Positions 18,673-29,510 are shown, counted from the first letter of the stretch. The stretch: 64,000 bases of DNA from Planctomycetota bacterium (GCA_031409275.1 JANNXA010000050.1:64001-128000); one strand, 5' to 3'. Made by a program: numbers and translations. Notes: generated by a model not told the origin, from the sequence alone.

Positions 18673-19971
18673 ATGACGCAAGCGACCGCCAACACCAGTC
18701 CGCGCAGCAAGGGGCGCTCCCCGCTGCTGTTCATCTTCCTCACGGTCTTCATCGATCTGCTCGGCTTCGGGATCGTCATCCCGCTCATGCCGACCTATTC
18801 GAAGTGGTTCGGCGCGAGCGGCTTCACTTTGGCGCTCATGCAGTCGTCGTTCTCGGCGATGCAGTTCTTCTTCGCGCCGATGTGGGGGCGCCTCTCCGAT
18901 CGCATCGGACGCCGCCCGGTCCTGATCGGCGGCCTCATCGGGACGTCGCTTTCCTATGTCGTCTTCGCCAACGCGTCGTCGCTCACGATGCTGTTCGCGT
19001 CGCGCCTGCTGGCCGGCTTCTGCGCCGCCAACCTCTCCGCCGCGCAGGCCTACATCGCCGACGTCACCGAGGAGAAGGATCGCGCCAAGGGCATGGGGAT
19101 GATCGGCGCGGCGTTCGGACTCGGCTTCACCTTCGGGCCGCTGCTCGGCGTGATGACGAGCCGCAGCCATGACGGCGCGCAGTCGCTGCCGTCGCTCCCT
19201 GGCTACCTCGCCGCCGGGCTGTCGCTCGCCGCGGCGCTGTTTGGCTACCTGAAGCTGCCCGAGCCCGCCGTGCGCCGCACCGGCATGCGCCTGTTCCAGC
19301 TCGGCGAGCTGAAGAAGGCGCTCGCGAACGGCCGGACCGGAATCCTGATCGTCCTCAACTTCCTGAACCTCTTCGCCTTCTCCTGCTTCGAGGCGATGTT
19401 CATCCTCTTCGGCCTCGCGCGCTTCCCCGCCAAGTTCGGGCTCGATGTCGCCATCGAGAATGCGTCGCTGAGCCAGGTCATCGAGGCGGGCCGCTACGCC
19501 GGCAAGTACATGTTCGCGATCGGCATCCTCTCGGCGCTGGTGCAGGGCGGCTTCATCCGCCGCCTCGTGCCGAAGTACGGCGAGGCGCGCCTGATCGTGG
19601 TCGGCCCTTTCATCCTCGCCATCGCGCTCGCGACCGTCGGCTTCGCCACCAACTGGTGGGTCGTGATCGGCGGCTGCTTCCTGATGCCGTTCGGCTTCGG
19701 GCTCTCGAACCCCTCGGTGCCAGGCCTGCTCTCGCGCGCCGCCCCGGCCGATCGACAAGGCTCGTATCTCGGCATGTGCCAGTCCGCCGGCAGCCTGGCG
19801 CGCGCGACGGCGCCTGCGTGCGCCGGCATCGTCTTCGACCAGGTCGGCCCGAACGCGCCATTCCTGATGGCGGCGGCGGTCCTGGTCGGCACCACGCTGC
19901 TGGCCAACGGCTACCGCTCGCGCTTCGGCGCCAGCTTCGCCACCGCGGCTCCCACCAGGAACGGAGCATGA
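18673..19971 (+). CDS. MFS transporter, TetA/DHA1-like
   Basis: IFLTVFIDLLGFGIVIP, motif A GRLSDRIGRRP, AQAYIAD, GAAFGLGFTFGP. Confidence 0.9.
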   Translation: MTQATANTSPRSKGRSPLLFIFLTVFIDLLGFGIVIPLMPTYSKWFGASGFTLALMQSSFSAMQFFFAPMWGRLSDRIGRRPVLIGGLIGTSLSYVVFANASSLTMLFASRLLAGFCAANLSAAQAYIADVTEEKDRAKGMGMIGAAFGLGFTFGPLLGVMTSRSHDGAQSLPSLPGYLAAGLSLAAALFGYLKLPEPAVRRTGMRLFQLGELKKALANGRTGILIVLNFLNLFAFSCFEAMFILFGLARFPAKFGLDVAIENASLSQVIEAGRYAGKYMFAIGILSALVQGGFIRRLVPKYGEARLIVVGPFILAIALATVGFATNWWVVIGGCFLMPFGFGLSNPSVPGLLSRAAPADRQGSYLGMCQSAGSLARATAPACAGIVFDQVGPNAPFLMAAAVLVGTTLLANGYRSRFGASFATAAPTRNGA

Positions 19972-20465
19972 ACCCGCCGCCCCCCGCCGCCCCCACGCCG
20001 CCGACCGAGCTCTCCGTGCAGGAGCGCTACTCGCCGCAGAGCATCTGCTTTGGCTGCGGGCCAGCGAACGCGCAGGGACTGCACATCCGCAGTTTCCTCG
20101 TGGGCGAGGAGCTCGTGGCGCAGTGGCACGCGCAACCGCACCACCAGGCGTTCCCGGGAATGCTGAACGGCGGCATCACCGGCGCCTTGCTCGACTGCCA
20201 CAGCAATTGGATGGCGGCGATGCACCTGATGAAGGCCGCCGGCCTCGAACAGCCGCCGTGCACCGTCACCGCCGAATTCGCGGTCAAGCTGAAGCGTCCG
20301 ACGCCGGTCGAAGGGGCGCTGACGATTCGCGCGCGAGTCGTCGAGTCGACGTCGGATCGCGCCGTGATCGACGCCACCCTCGATGCGAACGGCAAGGTCA
20401 CGGCCACCTGCCGCGGGATCTTCGTCGCCGTCAAGCCAGGCCACCCCGCCTACCACCGCTGGTAA
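19968..20465 (+). CDS. PaaI-family hotdog thioesterase
   Basis: CFGCGPANAQGL, HQAFPGMLNGG…LLDCH, CTVTAEFAVKLKRPTP. Confidence 0.85.
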   Translation: MNPPPPAAPTPPTELSVQERYSPQSICFGCGPANAQGLHIRSFLVGEELVAQWHAQPHHQAFPGMLNGGITGALLDCHSNWMAAMHLMKAAGLEQPPCTVTAEFAVKLKRPTPVEGALTIRARVVESTSDRAVIDATLDANGKVTATCRGIFVAVKPGHPAYHRW

Positions 20466-20475
20466 GGTCCGCTCC

Positions 20476-21039
20476 ATGAGCAAGAAGAAGTCGCCTCCGC
20501 TGCCCCCCATCGTCGGCGTGCTGATGAGCACCAAGGGCGAATGGGAAACGCTGCAGCACACCAGCGATACGTTGAAGAAGCTCGACGTGCCGCACGAGTG
20601 CCTGATCATCTCGGCGCATCGCACGCCCGATTTCCTCGCGGACTACGCGCGCAGCGCCGAAGAGCGCGGCCTGCAGGTGCTGATCGCGGGCGCGAGTGGC
20701 GCCGCCCATCTGCCTGGCATGCTCGCGGCGCACACGCTGCTGCCGGTGTTCGGCGTGCCGCTCGAGAGTCACGCGCTGAAGGGGATGGACTCGCTGCTCT
20801 CCATCGCGCAGATGCCGGCCGGAGTGCCGGTCGGGACGCTCGCCATCGGCAAGTCGGGCGCGATCAACGCCGCGCTGCTCGCCGTCGCGATGCTGGCGCG
20901 CCACGACGCGGAGCTGCGCGAACGCTGGGCGACCTTCCGCCGCGAGCAGAACGAGCGGGTGCGCGCCGAACGGGTCGGTCCGGTGAGCCGTGCCCCCGCC
21001 GCGCCCGGCCTCGCACCGAAGACGCAATCGGCAGGCTGA
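20476..21039 (+). CDS. purE: N5-CAIR mutase PurE, copy 1 (divergent phosphate loop)
   Basis: SAHRTP, AAHLPGM, LPVFGVP, DSLLSIAQMPAGVPV; MSTKGE replaces MGSxSD. Confidence 0.85.
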   Translation: MSKKKSPPLPPIVGVLMSTKGEWETLQHTSDTLKKLDVPHECLIISAHRTPDFLADYARSAEERGLQVLIAGASGAAHLPGMLAAHTLLPVFGVPLESHALKGMDSLLSIAQMPAGVPVGTLAIGKSGAINAALLAVAMLARHDAELRERWATFRREQNERVRAERVGPVSRAPAAPGLAPKTQSAG

Positions 21040-21089
21040 TCGCCGCAGCGCCGCGCGCACGCTCCGCCCCCACACCGCACGAGGAAACG

Positions 21090-21599
21090 ATGAGCACTGC
21101 CAAGGTCGGGATCGTCATGGGCTCGGCTTCGGACCTGCCGAAGCTCGAGCGGGCGATCGAAGTCCTGAAGGGGCTGTCCATCAGCGTCGAGGTGCGCGTG
21201 ATGTCGGCGCATCGCACGCCCGAAGATGTCGGCGAATGGGCCAGCAGCGCCGCGAAGCGCGGTCTGCAGGTGCTGATCGCGGCTGCCGGTGGCGCCGCAC
21301 ACCTCGCGGGCGCCGTCGCCGCTCGCACGCTGCTGCCGGTCATCGGCATCCCGGTCGCGACGGAACCGTTCAACGGCCTCGACTCGCTGCTCGCCACCGT
21401 CCAGATGCCGCCTGGCGTTCCGGTCGCCACGGTCTCCGCCGGTGCGTGGGGCGCCGAGAACGCCGCGTTGCTCGCCGCGCAGATCCTCGCCCTTTCCGAC
21501 TACGAGCTCGCGGCGCGCCTCGCTGCCGACCGCGCCAAGCGCGCCGACAAGGCGCGCCAGGCCGATCGCGACCTGCAGCAGGGCCGCAAGGGCAGCTGA
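21090..21599 (+). CDS. purE: N5-CAIR mutase PurE, copy 2
   Basis: MGSASD, SAHRTP, AAGGAAHLAG, DSLLATVQMPPGVPVA. Confidence 0.92.
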   Translation: MSTAKVGIVMGSASDLPKLERAIEVLKGLSISVEVRVMSAHRTPEDVGEWASSAAKRGLQVLIAAAGGAAHLAGAVAARTLLPVIGIPVATEPFNGLDSLLATVQMPPGVPVATVSAGAWGAENAALLAAQILALSDYELAARLAADRAKRADKARQADRDLQQGRKGS

Positions 21600-21604
21600 G
21601 CGCG

Positions 21605-22237
21605 ATGAGCTACCAGGAGCACGCGCCTCCGGCCGATCTCGAGCCGTACGTCGCGTGCTTCTGGACGCACACTGCAACGAGACGCGAATCGGCTGCGGCG
21701 GCGAGCCCCCGCCCGCCCCACGTCGTCCTGCCCGATGGCTGCGTCGACGTGCTGCTGCTGCGCGACGCACACCGCGCGGATGCCCCGCGCGCGTTCGTCG
21801 TCGGTGCGATGACGCGACCGCAGCAGGTCGACGGGGTGGAAGCGCTCGACGTCGTCGCCGTCCGCTTTCGCCCTGGCGGTGCAAGCGCCTTCTTCGATGC
21901 GCCGCTGGTCGAATGGCAGGACGACGACCTCCCGCTCGCGGAGGCGTGGCGCGATGTCCGCGAATTCGACGGCGACGCCCCCGCCGCGACGCGCGACGCG
22001 CTGCTCGCCGAGCTGCGGCGACGACGAGCGCGGCAAGGCGCGAGGCGCGGGCGCGCGGCACGACGACCTCGGCTGAGCCGCGATCGCCGCCCGATGTTCC
22101 ATTCCTGCAAGACGCCTCGACGTCGCACGACGATGCTCTTCCCGCGACTGCTGCGCCGTCGCTCCCGCGCCGTGCGGGAGCGCACCGACGAACCGCGCCG
22201 ACCCACCCTCCGGAGCTTTCGATGCCGGCCCAAGTGA
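21605..22237 (+). pseudogene. AraC-family (DUF6597-type) regulator lacking its HTH domain
   Basis: N-domain intact (YQEHAP…YVACFW…VLPDGCVD…AVRFRPGG), then a low-complexity Arg-rich tail; no room for an HTH before the next gene. Confidence 0.65.
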
Positions 22238-22626
22238 ACAAGCTGACGCCCGTCCTCGTGGTCGAGTCGATCGAGCCGTGCCTCGCCTTCTGGATCGAGC
22301 GACTCGGCTTCACGAAGAGCGTCGAGGTGCCCGGGCCCGACGGCAAGGCGCTCGGCTTCGTGATCCTGCAGCAAGGCGCGATCGAGTTGATGTTCCAGTC
22401 GCGCGCCAGCATCGCGCACGACGTCCCGGGCCTTGGCAACGTCGGCGGCAGCGCCGCGCTCTTCCTCGAAGTGGAGAGCCTCGCCCCGATCCGCGCCGCG
22501 GTGGCCGGCCTCCCCGTCACCGTGCCCGAGCGCGAGACCTTCTACGGCACGCGCGAGATCGGCGTCCGCGAGCCGGGCGGCCACGCGGTGACGTTCGCCG
22601 AGTTCGTGAAGAAGCCGGGGAGCTGA
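22222..22626 (+). CDS. VOC/glyoxalase/bleomycin-resistance family protein
   Basis: LTPVLVV…FWIERLGF…ETFYGTREIGVREPGGH. Confidence 0.88.
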   Translation: MPAQVNKLTPVLVVESIEPCLAFWIERLGFTKSVEVPGPDGKALGFVILQQGAIELMFQSRASIAHDVPGLGNVGGSAALFLEVESLAPIRAAVAGLPVTVPERETFYGTREIGVREPGGHAVTFAEFVKKPGS

Positions 22627-22724
22627 GCCCGATCGGCGAAGTCGTGTAACGGCGCGCCTTCGATGCGGGTGTCACCTTCGAATCTCACGCGCCCACGCGG
22701 CGCTGAACCTCGAAGGAGCCTGCC

Positions 22725-24422
22725 ATGCCTCGCCTCGAACTCCGCCGTCTCGTGCGCCCCATCACCACAACCCTTGCGCTCGCCGCGGCGCCGCTCGCCC
22801 ACGCGCAGCTCGCCCACTCGATCACCTACGGCGACCAGTACGGCGAACGCCACGGCCACGCCATCGCCAACGTCGGCGACCTCGACGGCGACGGGCGCGA
22901 CAACCTCGTGGTCGGCTCGCCGCGCTACGACTTCGGCATCACCTTCAGCGCCGGCCGCGTCTACGTCTATCCCGAGGTCGGCAACAACGGGCCGATCTAC
23001 AAGCTCGACGGGACGCAGACCGGCGCGCAGTTCGGTCACGCGATCTGCGGCATCAGCGACTACGACGGCGACGGCGCCAACGACTTCGCGGTGGGCTCGC
23101 CGTACTGGAACACCGCGACGCTGACCGACGCGGGGAAGATCGAGGCGTTCAGCGGCAAGACGGGCCAGCTGCTCTGGACCGTCACGGGCACGGCGGCGAA
23201 CGAGCAGCTCGGCCTCGTGCTCGCGTCGTGCGGCGACCTCGACGGCGACGGCCGGCCCGAGTTCCTCGCAGGCGAGCCGGGCCCGAGCCAGGTGAAGATC
23301 TTCAACCGCGGCGGCAGCCTGCTGAACACGCTCTTCCGCGGCGGCGACGTCGCCTTCGGTACCAGCGTCTCGCGCACCGGCGACATCGACGGCGATGGCG
23401 TCGACGAGATCCTGGTCGGCGAGCCGGGCTACGACACCATCGTCCCGTTCCATCTCGACTGCGGACGGGTCGTGATCTACTCCGGCGCGACGCTCGGCTT
23501 CATCGATCACGTGGTGAGCACGGCCAGCTTCGAGCGTTCCGGCGAGAGCTGCGCCGCGGTGGGCGACATCGACCAGGACGGGACCGACGACTTCCTGATC
23601 GGCACGACGCAGGCGGACGCAGGCGGAAACACCGATTGCGGCAGGGTGTTCGGCTACAGCGGCGCCACCCGCCAAGCCTTCTTCCGGGGCTACGGCTCCG
23701 GCGCCGGCGTTCACATGGGCCACACGATGGTCGGCATCCCCGACATGGATCGCGACGGCTTCCCCGAGTTCGCCGCGACCGAGCTCGACGGCGGCGCGCT
23801 CGGCACCGGCGCGATCCACGTCTGGTCGGGCAAGGACTTCCACGAGCTGTGGAGCTTCGAGGGCTGGAGCGACTCGACCTCGACGAGCGAGCAGCTCGGC
23901 TACGCGCTGGCGGCCGGCGACTGGAACGGCGACGAGTACGGCGACTTCGTCTGGACCGATCCGCTCCACGACTCGAACTTCCTCGACGGTGCCGGCTTCA
24001 TCGAGCGCGGCGTGACGATCGCCCACCTCGGCTGCCCGGCGTGGACCGAGGAGTACGGCAGCGGCCTCGCCGGCACGAACGGCATCCCCCACCTGATCGC
24101 GCAGGATGCGCCGCACGTCGGCGACGACTTGAACGTCTTCGTCGAGAACTCGCTCGGCGCGCCGACGATCGCCGCGCTCTTCCTCGGCGTCGACCCGGCC
24201 ACCACGCCGTTCAAGGGCGGCACGCTGCTGGTCGACCCGGCGCTGACGCTGATCTTCCCGCTCGACGCGGCGGGCACGCTGTTGACCGGCGACATCGAGT
24301 ACGACGCGTCGCTCTACTTCGCCGAGTTCTACGTGCAGGTCGCCGAGGCCGACCCGAACGCGGTGAAGAAGATCTCGCTCACGCCGGGGCTCAAGATCCA
24401 CTGCGGGCTCGAGCTGCAGTAG
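22725..24422 (+). CDS. Exported FG-GAP repeat (integrin-alpha-like beta-propeller) protein
   Basis: Signal peptide; about 7 repeats of G..(V/I)…GD(L/I)DGDG..D..VG.P. Confidence 0.88.
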   Translation: MPRLELRRLVRPITTTLALAAAPLAHAQLAHSITYGDQYGERHGHAIANVGDLDGDGRDNLVVGSPRYDFGITFSAGRVYVYPEVGNNGPIYKLDGTQTGAQFGHAICGISDYDGDGANDFAVGSPYWNTATLTDAGKIEAFSGKTGQLLWTVTGTAANEQLGLVLASCGDLDGDGRPEFLAGEPGPSQVKIFNRGGSLLNTLFRGGDVAFGTSVSRTGDIDGDGVDEILVGEPGYDTIVPFHLDCGRVVIYSGATLGFIDHVVSTASFERSGESCAAVGDIDQDGTDDFLIGTTQADAGGNTDCGRVFGYSGATRQAFFRGYGSGAGVHMGHTMVGIPDMDRDGFPEFAATELDGGALGTGAIHVWSGKDFHELWSFEGWSDSTSTSEQLGYALAAGDWNGDEYGDFVWTDPLHDSNFLDGAGFIERGVTIAHLGCPAWTEEYGSGLAGTNGIPHLIAQDAPHVGDDLNVFVENSLGAPTIAALFLGVDPATTPFKGGTLLVDPALTLIFPLDAAGTLLTGDIEYDASLYFAEFYVQVAEADPNAVKKISLTPGLKIHCGLELQ

Positions 24423-24458
24423 CCGGCGCCAAGGTGCGACCCGCCGCCGCGCGAGCAT

Positions 24459-24713
24459 TCAGCTCCGCGGCGGCGCCTTCGGCGGGTCGCCGAGCTCCCA
24501 GCGCATGCGCAGGAAGAGCTGCTCCACCTTGGCGCGCGCCCACGGGGTCTTGCGCAGGAAGCGCAGGCTCGAGGTGACGGTCGGGTCGAACATGAAGCAG
24601 CGGATCGGGATCTCCTGCGCCATCGCGCGCCAGCCGACGCGCGCCGAGAGCTCGGTGATGATCGTCTCGAGCGTGATGCCGTGCAGCGGATTGCGGGGCT
24701 GGTGCGATTCCAT
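24459..24713 (-). CDS. VF530/DUF2132 family small DNA-binding protein
   Basis: NPLHGITLE…IRCF..DPTV.SSLRFLRKTPWARAKVE. Confidence 0.88.
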   Translation of the reverse strand: MESHQPRNPLHGITLETIITELSARVGWRAMAQEIPIRCFMFDPTVTSSLRFLRKTPWARAKVEQLFLRMRWELGDPPKAPPRS

Positions 24714-24721
24714 CGTCAGGT

Positions 24722-25249
24722 TCAGCTCCCGCGCCGGCGTGTGAGTTCGCGTGGATCGACGAAGCAGAGCCAGCGCATCAGCATCGCGCCCAGGAGCAGG
24801 CTCGCCGCGTGGAGGACGTGGTTCAGCCACGCGCGCTCGCCCGCCAGTTGCCCGGCCATCTTCAGGCCGAGCCAGTGATAGCTCTTCTCCAGTTCCATCA
24901 CGACGCACATCAGCGCGAAGAGGAGGAGGAAGGAGAAGCGGTAGAGCGACGACTGCCACAGCCGCTGCGTCTCGCGCCGATCGCGCGTGAACAGGCGCTT
25001 GATCACGTAAAGGCCGGCGATGCTGCACGGGACCGCCAGCAGCTTGAACCACTGCACGTTCAAGTCGCCAAGCCAGGTGCCGTCCGACGGCGCGCGCACC
25101 AGGTAGCGCAGCGGCGAGTCGCCCAGTCGCTCGCTCCAGCCGGGATCGATGTCCGTCAACAGGTCGGAGGCGAAGCGGCCCGCGCCGATCAACGCCAGCG
25201 GCACGGCGACGAGGAGCGAGGCGCTCGGCGAGCCGCCCTTCGTGCTCAT
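24722..25249 (-). CDS. Hypothetical membrane protein (about 4 TM)
   Basis: ATGA-coupled to the aminopeptidase; hydrophobic segments. Confidence 0.6.
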   Translation of the reverse strand: MSTKGGSPSASLLVAVPLALIGAGRFASDLLTDIDPGWSERLGDSPLRYLVRAPSDGTWLGDLNVQWFKLLAVPCSIAGLYVIKRLFTRDRRETQRLWQSSLYRFSFLLLFALMCVVMELEKSYHWLGLKMAGQLAGERAWLNHVLHAASLLLGAMLMRWLCFVDPRELTRRRGS

Positions 25250-27246
25250 GGCCGCCACTTCAGCAGCTCGTCGATCGTGTCGCGCGAGACGGCGTGGTAG
25301 CTCGCGCGCGCCTTGGCGTAGATCGACTGCGCAAGCGGCTTGCCCCAGTCGCTCTTCATCAGCTCCTGGTAGAGCGGCTTCAGGAACTTGCGCCGCCCCT
25401 GCGAGGTCAGGAAGTGGTCGAGCGCGGCGAACGCCGGCTCGTAGCGGTGCGTGATGCACGGCAGCAGCCAGGCGAAGAGCACCTCCGAATTGCCGCGCTG
25501 CGAAAGCGCGAAGGCTGCATCGAGTTCGGCGAGCTGCGCGTGGGTGGCGCTGGCGGGAAGCTGACGCAGGAAGTGCTGCCACTGCTGCGTCGTGAATCCC
25601 GCGACATCGAGGGAGCGCGCCGGCGTCCCGGCGAGGAACCGCTCCATCGCGGTGGTCGCGCGGGCGAGAGCGGTCGACGTCGCGCGCGGGCAGTTCGACG
25701 GCAGGCCCGGCCCATCGACCCACGCGGGGATCTGGAGCGCGCGCTTCCACTCCGGCTGTCCGGTCAGCAGTTCGCGGTCGAGGAAGGCGAGGAAGTCGTC
25801 GGTCGTGCGGCTCGTGAAGGCATTGCCGTCGAACCACGCGCGCAGGAAGCGGTCGAACCGCTCGCGCCCCACCGTTTCCTCGATCGCCTGCAGGAAGCGG
25901 GCGCCCTTCTCGTAGGCGATGTCGGTCATGCCGTCGTCGGGGTTGCGCCCCTCGAGCGCAAGGCGCAGATGAGTGTCCTTGCGCTGCCCCGCGGCGGTCA
26001 TCTCGGCGACGCTCTTCTCCAGATCCTGCAGCCCCAGCACGGCCAGCGCTTCGTCGAACTCCTCGCCGAAGAGCGCCTCCATGATCCGGTGCTCGAAGTA
26101 GACGGTGAACCCTTCGTTCAACCAGAAGTCGTTCCAGGTGGCGTTGGTGACCAGGTTGCCCGACCAGCTGTGCGCAAGCTCATGCGCGACCAGCGACACC
26201 AGCGAGCGATCGCCCGCGAGGATGGTGGGCGTCGCAAAGGTGAGGCGCGGGTTCTCCATGCCGCCGAACGGGAAGCTCGGCGGCAGGACCAGCACGTCGT
26301 AGCGCCCGAAGCGGTACGGGCCGTAGAGCTTCTCGGCCGCACCGATCATCGAGTCGAGGTCGACGAACTCGGCGGAGGCGCGCGCAATCACCGGCCGTTC
26401 GGCGTAGACGCCGCAGTTGCGGCCGAGCGACGCGAAGGCGAGATCGCCCACCGCGAGCGCCATCAGGTAGCTCGGGATCGGCTGCGGCATGTCGAACTCG
26501 TAGACCCCGTCGGCACGCGCGACCTGCGGATTCGACGCCGACATCAGCGCCAGCAGCGGCGGTCCGGGCGGCGCCTTCAACGCGATGCGCGCGGAGTAGG
26601 TCATTCGCACCGCCGGCGAGTCCTGGCAGGGAATCCAGGTGCGCGCGAGGATCGCCTGCGACTGCGTGAAGAGGAACGGCGACTTGCCGCCCGCCGTCTG
26701 TTCCGGCGCGAGCCACTGCACGGCGGCCGCGGCCGGGCTCGTCGCGTAGTCGATGTGGACCCACAGCACTTCGGCGCCGCCGCCAGCAACGGCAACAGCC
26801 ACCGGCGGGAGGTCGAGCGTGAGCGCGGCGCCGAAGTCGGGCTGCGCCGGACTCAAGGTGAAACGAGCCGGTTGCGCTGCCGCGAGGCCGCCCGCATTCG
26901 GCGCGGCGCGCGACGTCGTGACGCGCGCAATGGAGAGGTCACGCGTGTCGAGCACGAGTTGCGTGGCGCCGGGCTGCCGCGCCACCTCGAGGCTCGCGCG
27001 ACCCGCCAGCGTCTTCGTGGCGAAATCGACCGCGAGGTCGAGCTCGAGCCGCTGTACCCGCGCCTCCTCCGGTCGCGAAAAGGAGTGGCTGTCGCGCGCC
27101 ATGGATCGCTCTCCCACGTGGCCGGAAGTCGCCGATGCCGCGGTCGCGCCACCCGCCGCCGCTCTCGGCTCATCGAGCGCGCAGCCCAGCGCCGCAAACC
27201 CCAAGAGTGCCGCGCATCCGGTTCGTCGTCGCACGATCGTCCTCAC
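25246..27246 (-). CDS. M1-family zinc aminopeptidase (LTA4-hydrolase-like), probable lipoprotein
   Basis: GGMEN, HELAH-x18-E, YEKG, GRRKF; lipobox AALGC if the GTG near 27246 is the start (alternative ATG 27102). Confidence 0.92.
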   Translation of the reverse strand: MRTIVRRRTGCAALLGFAALGCALDEPRAAAGGATAASATSGHVGERSMARDSHSFSRPEEARVQRLELDLAVDFATKTLAGRASLEVARQPGATQLVLDTRDLSIARVTTSRAAPNAGGLAAAQPARFTLSPAQPDFGAALTLDLPPVAVAVAGGGAEVLWVHIDYATSPAAAAVQWLAPEQTAGGKSPFLFTQSQAILARTWIPCQDSPAVRMTYSARIALKAPPGPPLLALMSASNPQVARADGVYEFDMPQPIPSYLMALAVGDLAFASLGRNCGVYAERPVIARASAEFVDLDSMIGAAEKLYGPYRFGRYDVLVLPPSFPFGGMENPRLTFATPTILAGDRSLVSLVAHELAHSWSGNLVTNATWNDFWLNEGFTVYFEHRIMEALFGEEFDEALAVLGLQDLEKSVAEMTAAGQRKDTHLRLALEGRNPDDGMTDIAYEKGARFLQAIEETVGRERFDRFLRAWFDGNAFTSRTTDDFLAFLDRELLTGQPEWKRALQIPAWVDGPGLPSNCPRATSTALARATTAMERFLAGTPARSLDVAGFTTQQWQHFLRQLPASATHAQLAELDAAFALSQRGNSEVLFAWLLPCITHRYEPAFAALDHFLTSQGRRKFLKPLYQELMKSDWGKPLAQSIYAKARASYHAVSRDTIDELLKWRP

Positions 27247-27413
27247 CGTCCCGAAAGCAGCTCGCCGCGAAACGGCGCAGGATGCCGGCGCGGCCGAGCG
27301 GGAGGAAGACCGGAGGAGCACCCGCAGGCGACCGCGCTCGAAAGCGACGGCGGCGCCCGGCCCGCTCGGGCCGAACGCCGCCGTTTCAAGAGCTCGATCG
27401 TCGGACGGTTGGG

Positions 27414-29510
27414 CTACTGCAAGAGCACGAAGTCGAGCGCCGCCGTGCGCAGGCGGTACTGGCTGTCGATCGCATAACCCGCCGACCAGGTCGGCGCGGC
27501 GCTCTCGCCGATGCGAGCGAGCGAGTCGACCGCCTGCCAACGAGTCGCGCGCCCCGTCGACGCGTCGTCGAGCAGCGCCACCAGTTCACCCGCGCTCCGT
27601 CGGCACTCGAACATGCCGAGCGCTTCGGCCAGCACCGCAGCGCTGGCATCGCTGGTCTCCCCTTCGAGGCGCGTCGCCAACCGCTCCATCGTTTCGAGCG
27701 AGCCCAGCCGCGCCAGCGCCCGCGCCGACGCGACCCGCAGTTCCGGCGAACTCGAATCGTCGTCGAGGCGCTCCGCGAGCGGCCGCCTGGCCATGGCCGC
27801 GACACCACCACCCGCCAACCCGAGCGCTTCGGCCCAGTAGGGCGCGCTCGACGTCGCCGCGTCGATCTCGAGGCGTCGCAGCAGTTCGGGCACCGCCGCG
27901 CGATCGCGCGCCAGACCCAACGCCAGACCCAGCGCCGCATCGGTCGAGGCGTTGCGCGAGATCGTCAACGCTTCGCGCAGCGTGGCGCACGCCTGGAAGT
28001 GACGATCCGAATCGCCCGCCTCGCCGCGCACGCCAATCCCGAGCGCGAGTGCGGCGAACGGCCGGTCGTAGGAGAGGCGCGGCGCGAACACGCGGTCGCC
28101 GAGGAAGTGCGCCACCGCGTCCGCAGCCGCTGCCGCCTCGGGATACGCCGCCGACGTCTCGAGCAGACGGCCAAGCGCCATGAAGGAGAACGAGCGCACG
28201 TCGGGCGCCCCGCGTCCGTCGCAGTTCTGCTGGAGGACCGAAACGAGTTCACCATCGCTGGCGCGGCCGAGCGCGCCGAGCGCGATGACGGCCGCCGTGC
28301 GCACCGCTTCGACCCCGTCGTCCGCCCCCGCGAGATGGACCAGCATCGGAAGCGCCGCGCGAGCGAGCGCCGGAGCGACGCGCGACATCGCGATCGCCGA
28401 CTGCGCGCGCACGAAATCGGTGGCGCGTGCATCGGCGAGCGTCGCCAGGAGCTTCGAGGCGACGGCTGGATTTTCGGGAGCAGCGTGCGCTGCGCCGAGC
28501 AGCGCCGCGCCGGTGATGTGCTCGCAATCGCAGGAGTCGGCCACCGCGAGCAGCGCCGCGGCACTCTCCGTCCCTTTCGCCAGTCCGAGCGCAAGCGCCG
28601 CGAGCTGGCGGCGACTGCAATCGATCGGACCGCCGGCGTCGACCAGAGCGCGCCCTTCGCGCGAGTCCGCCGCGATCGCCGCGAGCTTCGCGCGCGACTC
28701 GCCATCGCCGCAGAGGCCAAGCGCCACCAGCGCCGCGTCGCGCATGACGAGCCGATCGTCGTCGAGCGCGCGCACGACGAGCGGCGCCACCATCGCGCCG
28801 TCCCGCGCTCCCGCCACTCGCGCCAGCGCGAGCAGGGCAGCGCTCGCCACCTGCGGATCCTCATCGTGCAGCCGTTGCGCCAACCGCGGCCACAGCGTCG
28901 ATCGGAGGAACAGCGGATCGAGCGCTGCGACGTCGACGCGATCGGGGGTCTGGCCCGGCTCCGGCGAGGGCCAGAACGCGCCGCCACCGCTCCAGGCGAT
29001 GCCGTTCACGCGCCACCACTCTTCCCAACCGCCGATCGACTCGTCGTGCGCGCGGCGCGTGGCCGGGCCGCTGGCACGGGGCGCGCCGCCGGGCGGCGGC
29101 GGAGTGGCCGGTTTCGGATCGGCGCGCTTGGTCACGGGGCGCAACGCGGCCGGCGCCGGCTTTGGCGTCGCGGCCGGCGTGCTGTCGCGCTGGGCCGGTC
29201 CGTCCGACTTGGTCGACGGGCGCCGCGGGGTGGACGGGTGTTCGTGACCGTCCTTCGGGGTCGAGGTGCTGGGGCGGTCCTTGTCCGCTTCCGGCTTCTT
29301 CGTCTTGTCGCCGACGCCCTTGGTGCCTTTGCCGGACCCACCGGGTCCTTTGTGTCCCATCCCCGGTCAGAAACCCGGCGGCTCCGGCTGCTCGACGCGG
29401 CGATCGCCGGCGGGGTCGCCCGCCTGCGCCGATGCGGTGGCGACGAGGAGCGCACTGCCAGCTAGCAGCGCTCGGGTCAGGAGGAAGGGGGGATGCGATC
29501 GACGAGACAT
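27414..29510 (-). CDS. Exported HEAT-repeat protein with an in-frame UGA at codon 48 (29367-29369)
   Basis: GGAGGT RBS (29516-29521), ATG 29510, signal peptide, UGA, then in frame with the 648-aa ORF (Pro/Lys-rich linker, WEEWWRVN, many HEAT repeats). Confidence 0.7.
29334..29348 (-). promoter_or_regulatory. Candidate bacterial SECIS-like hairpin
   Basis: GGACCC-GGU-GGGUCC starting 18 nt after the UGA, with G at the start of the apical loop. Confidence 0.35.
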
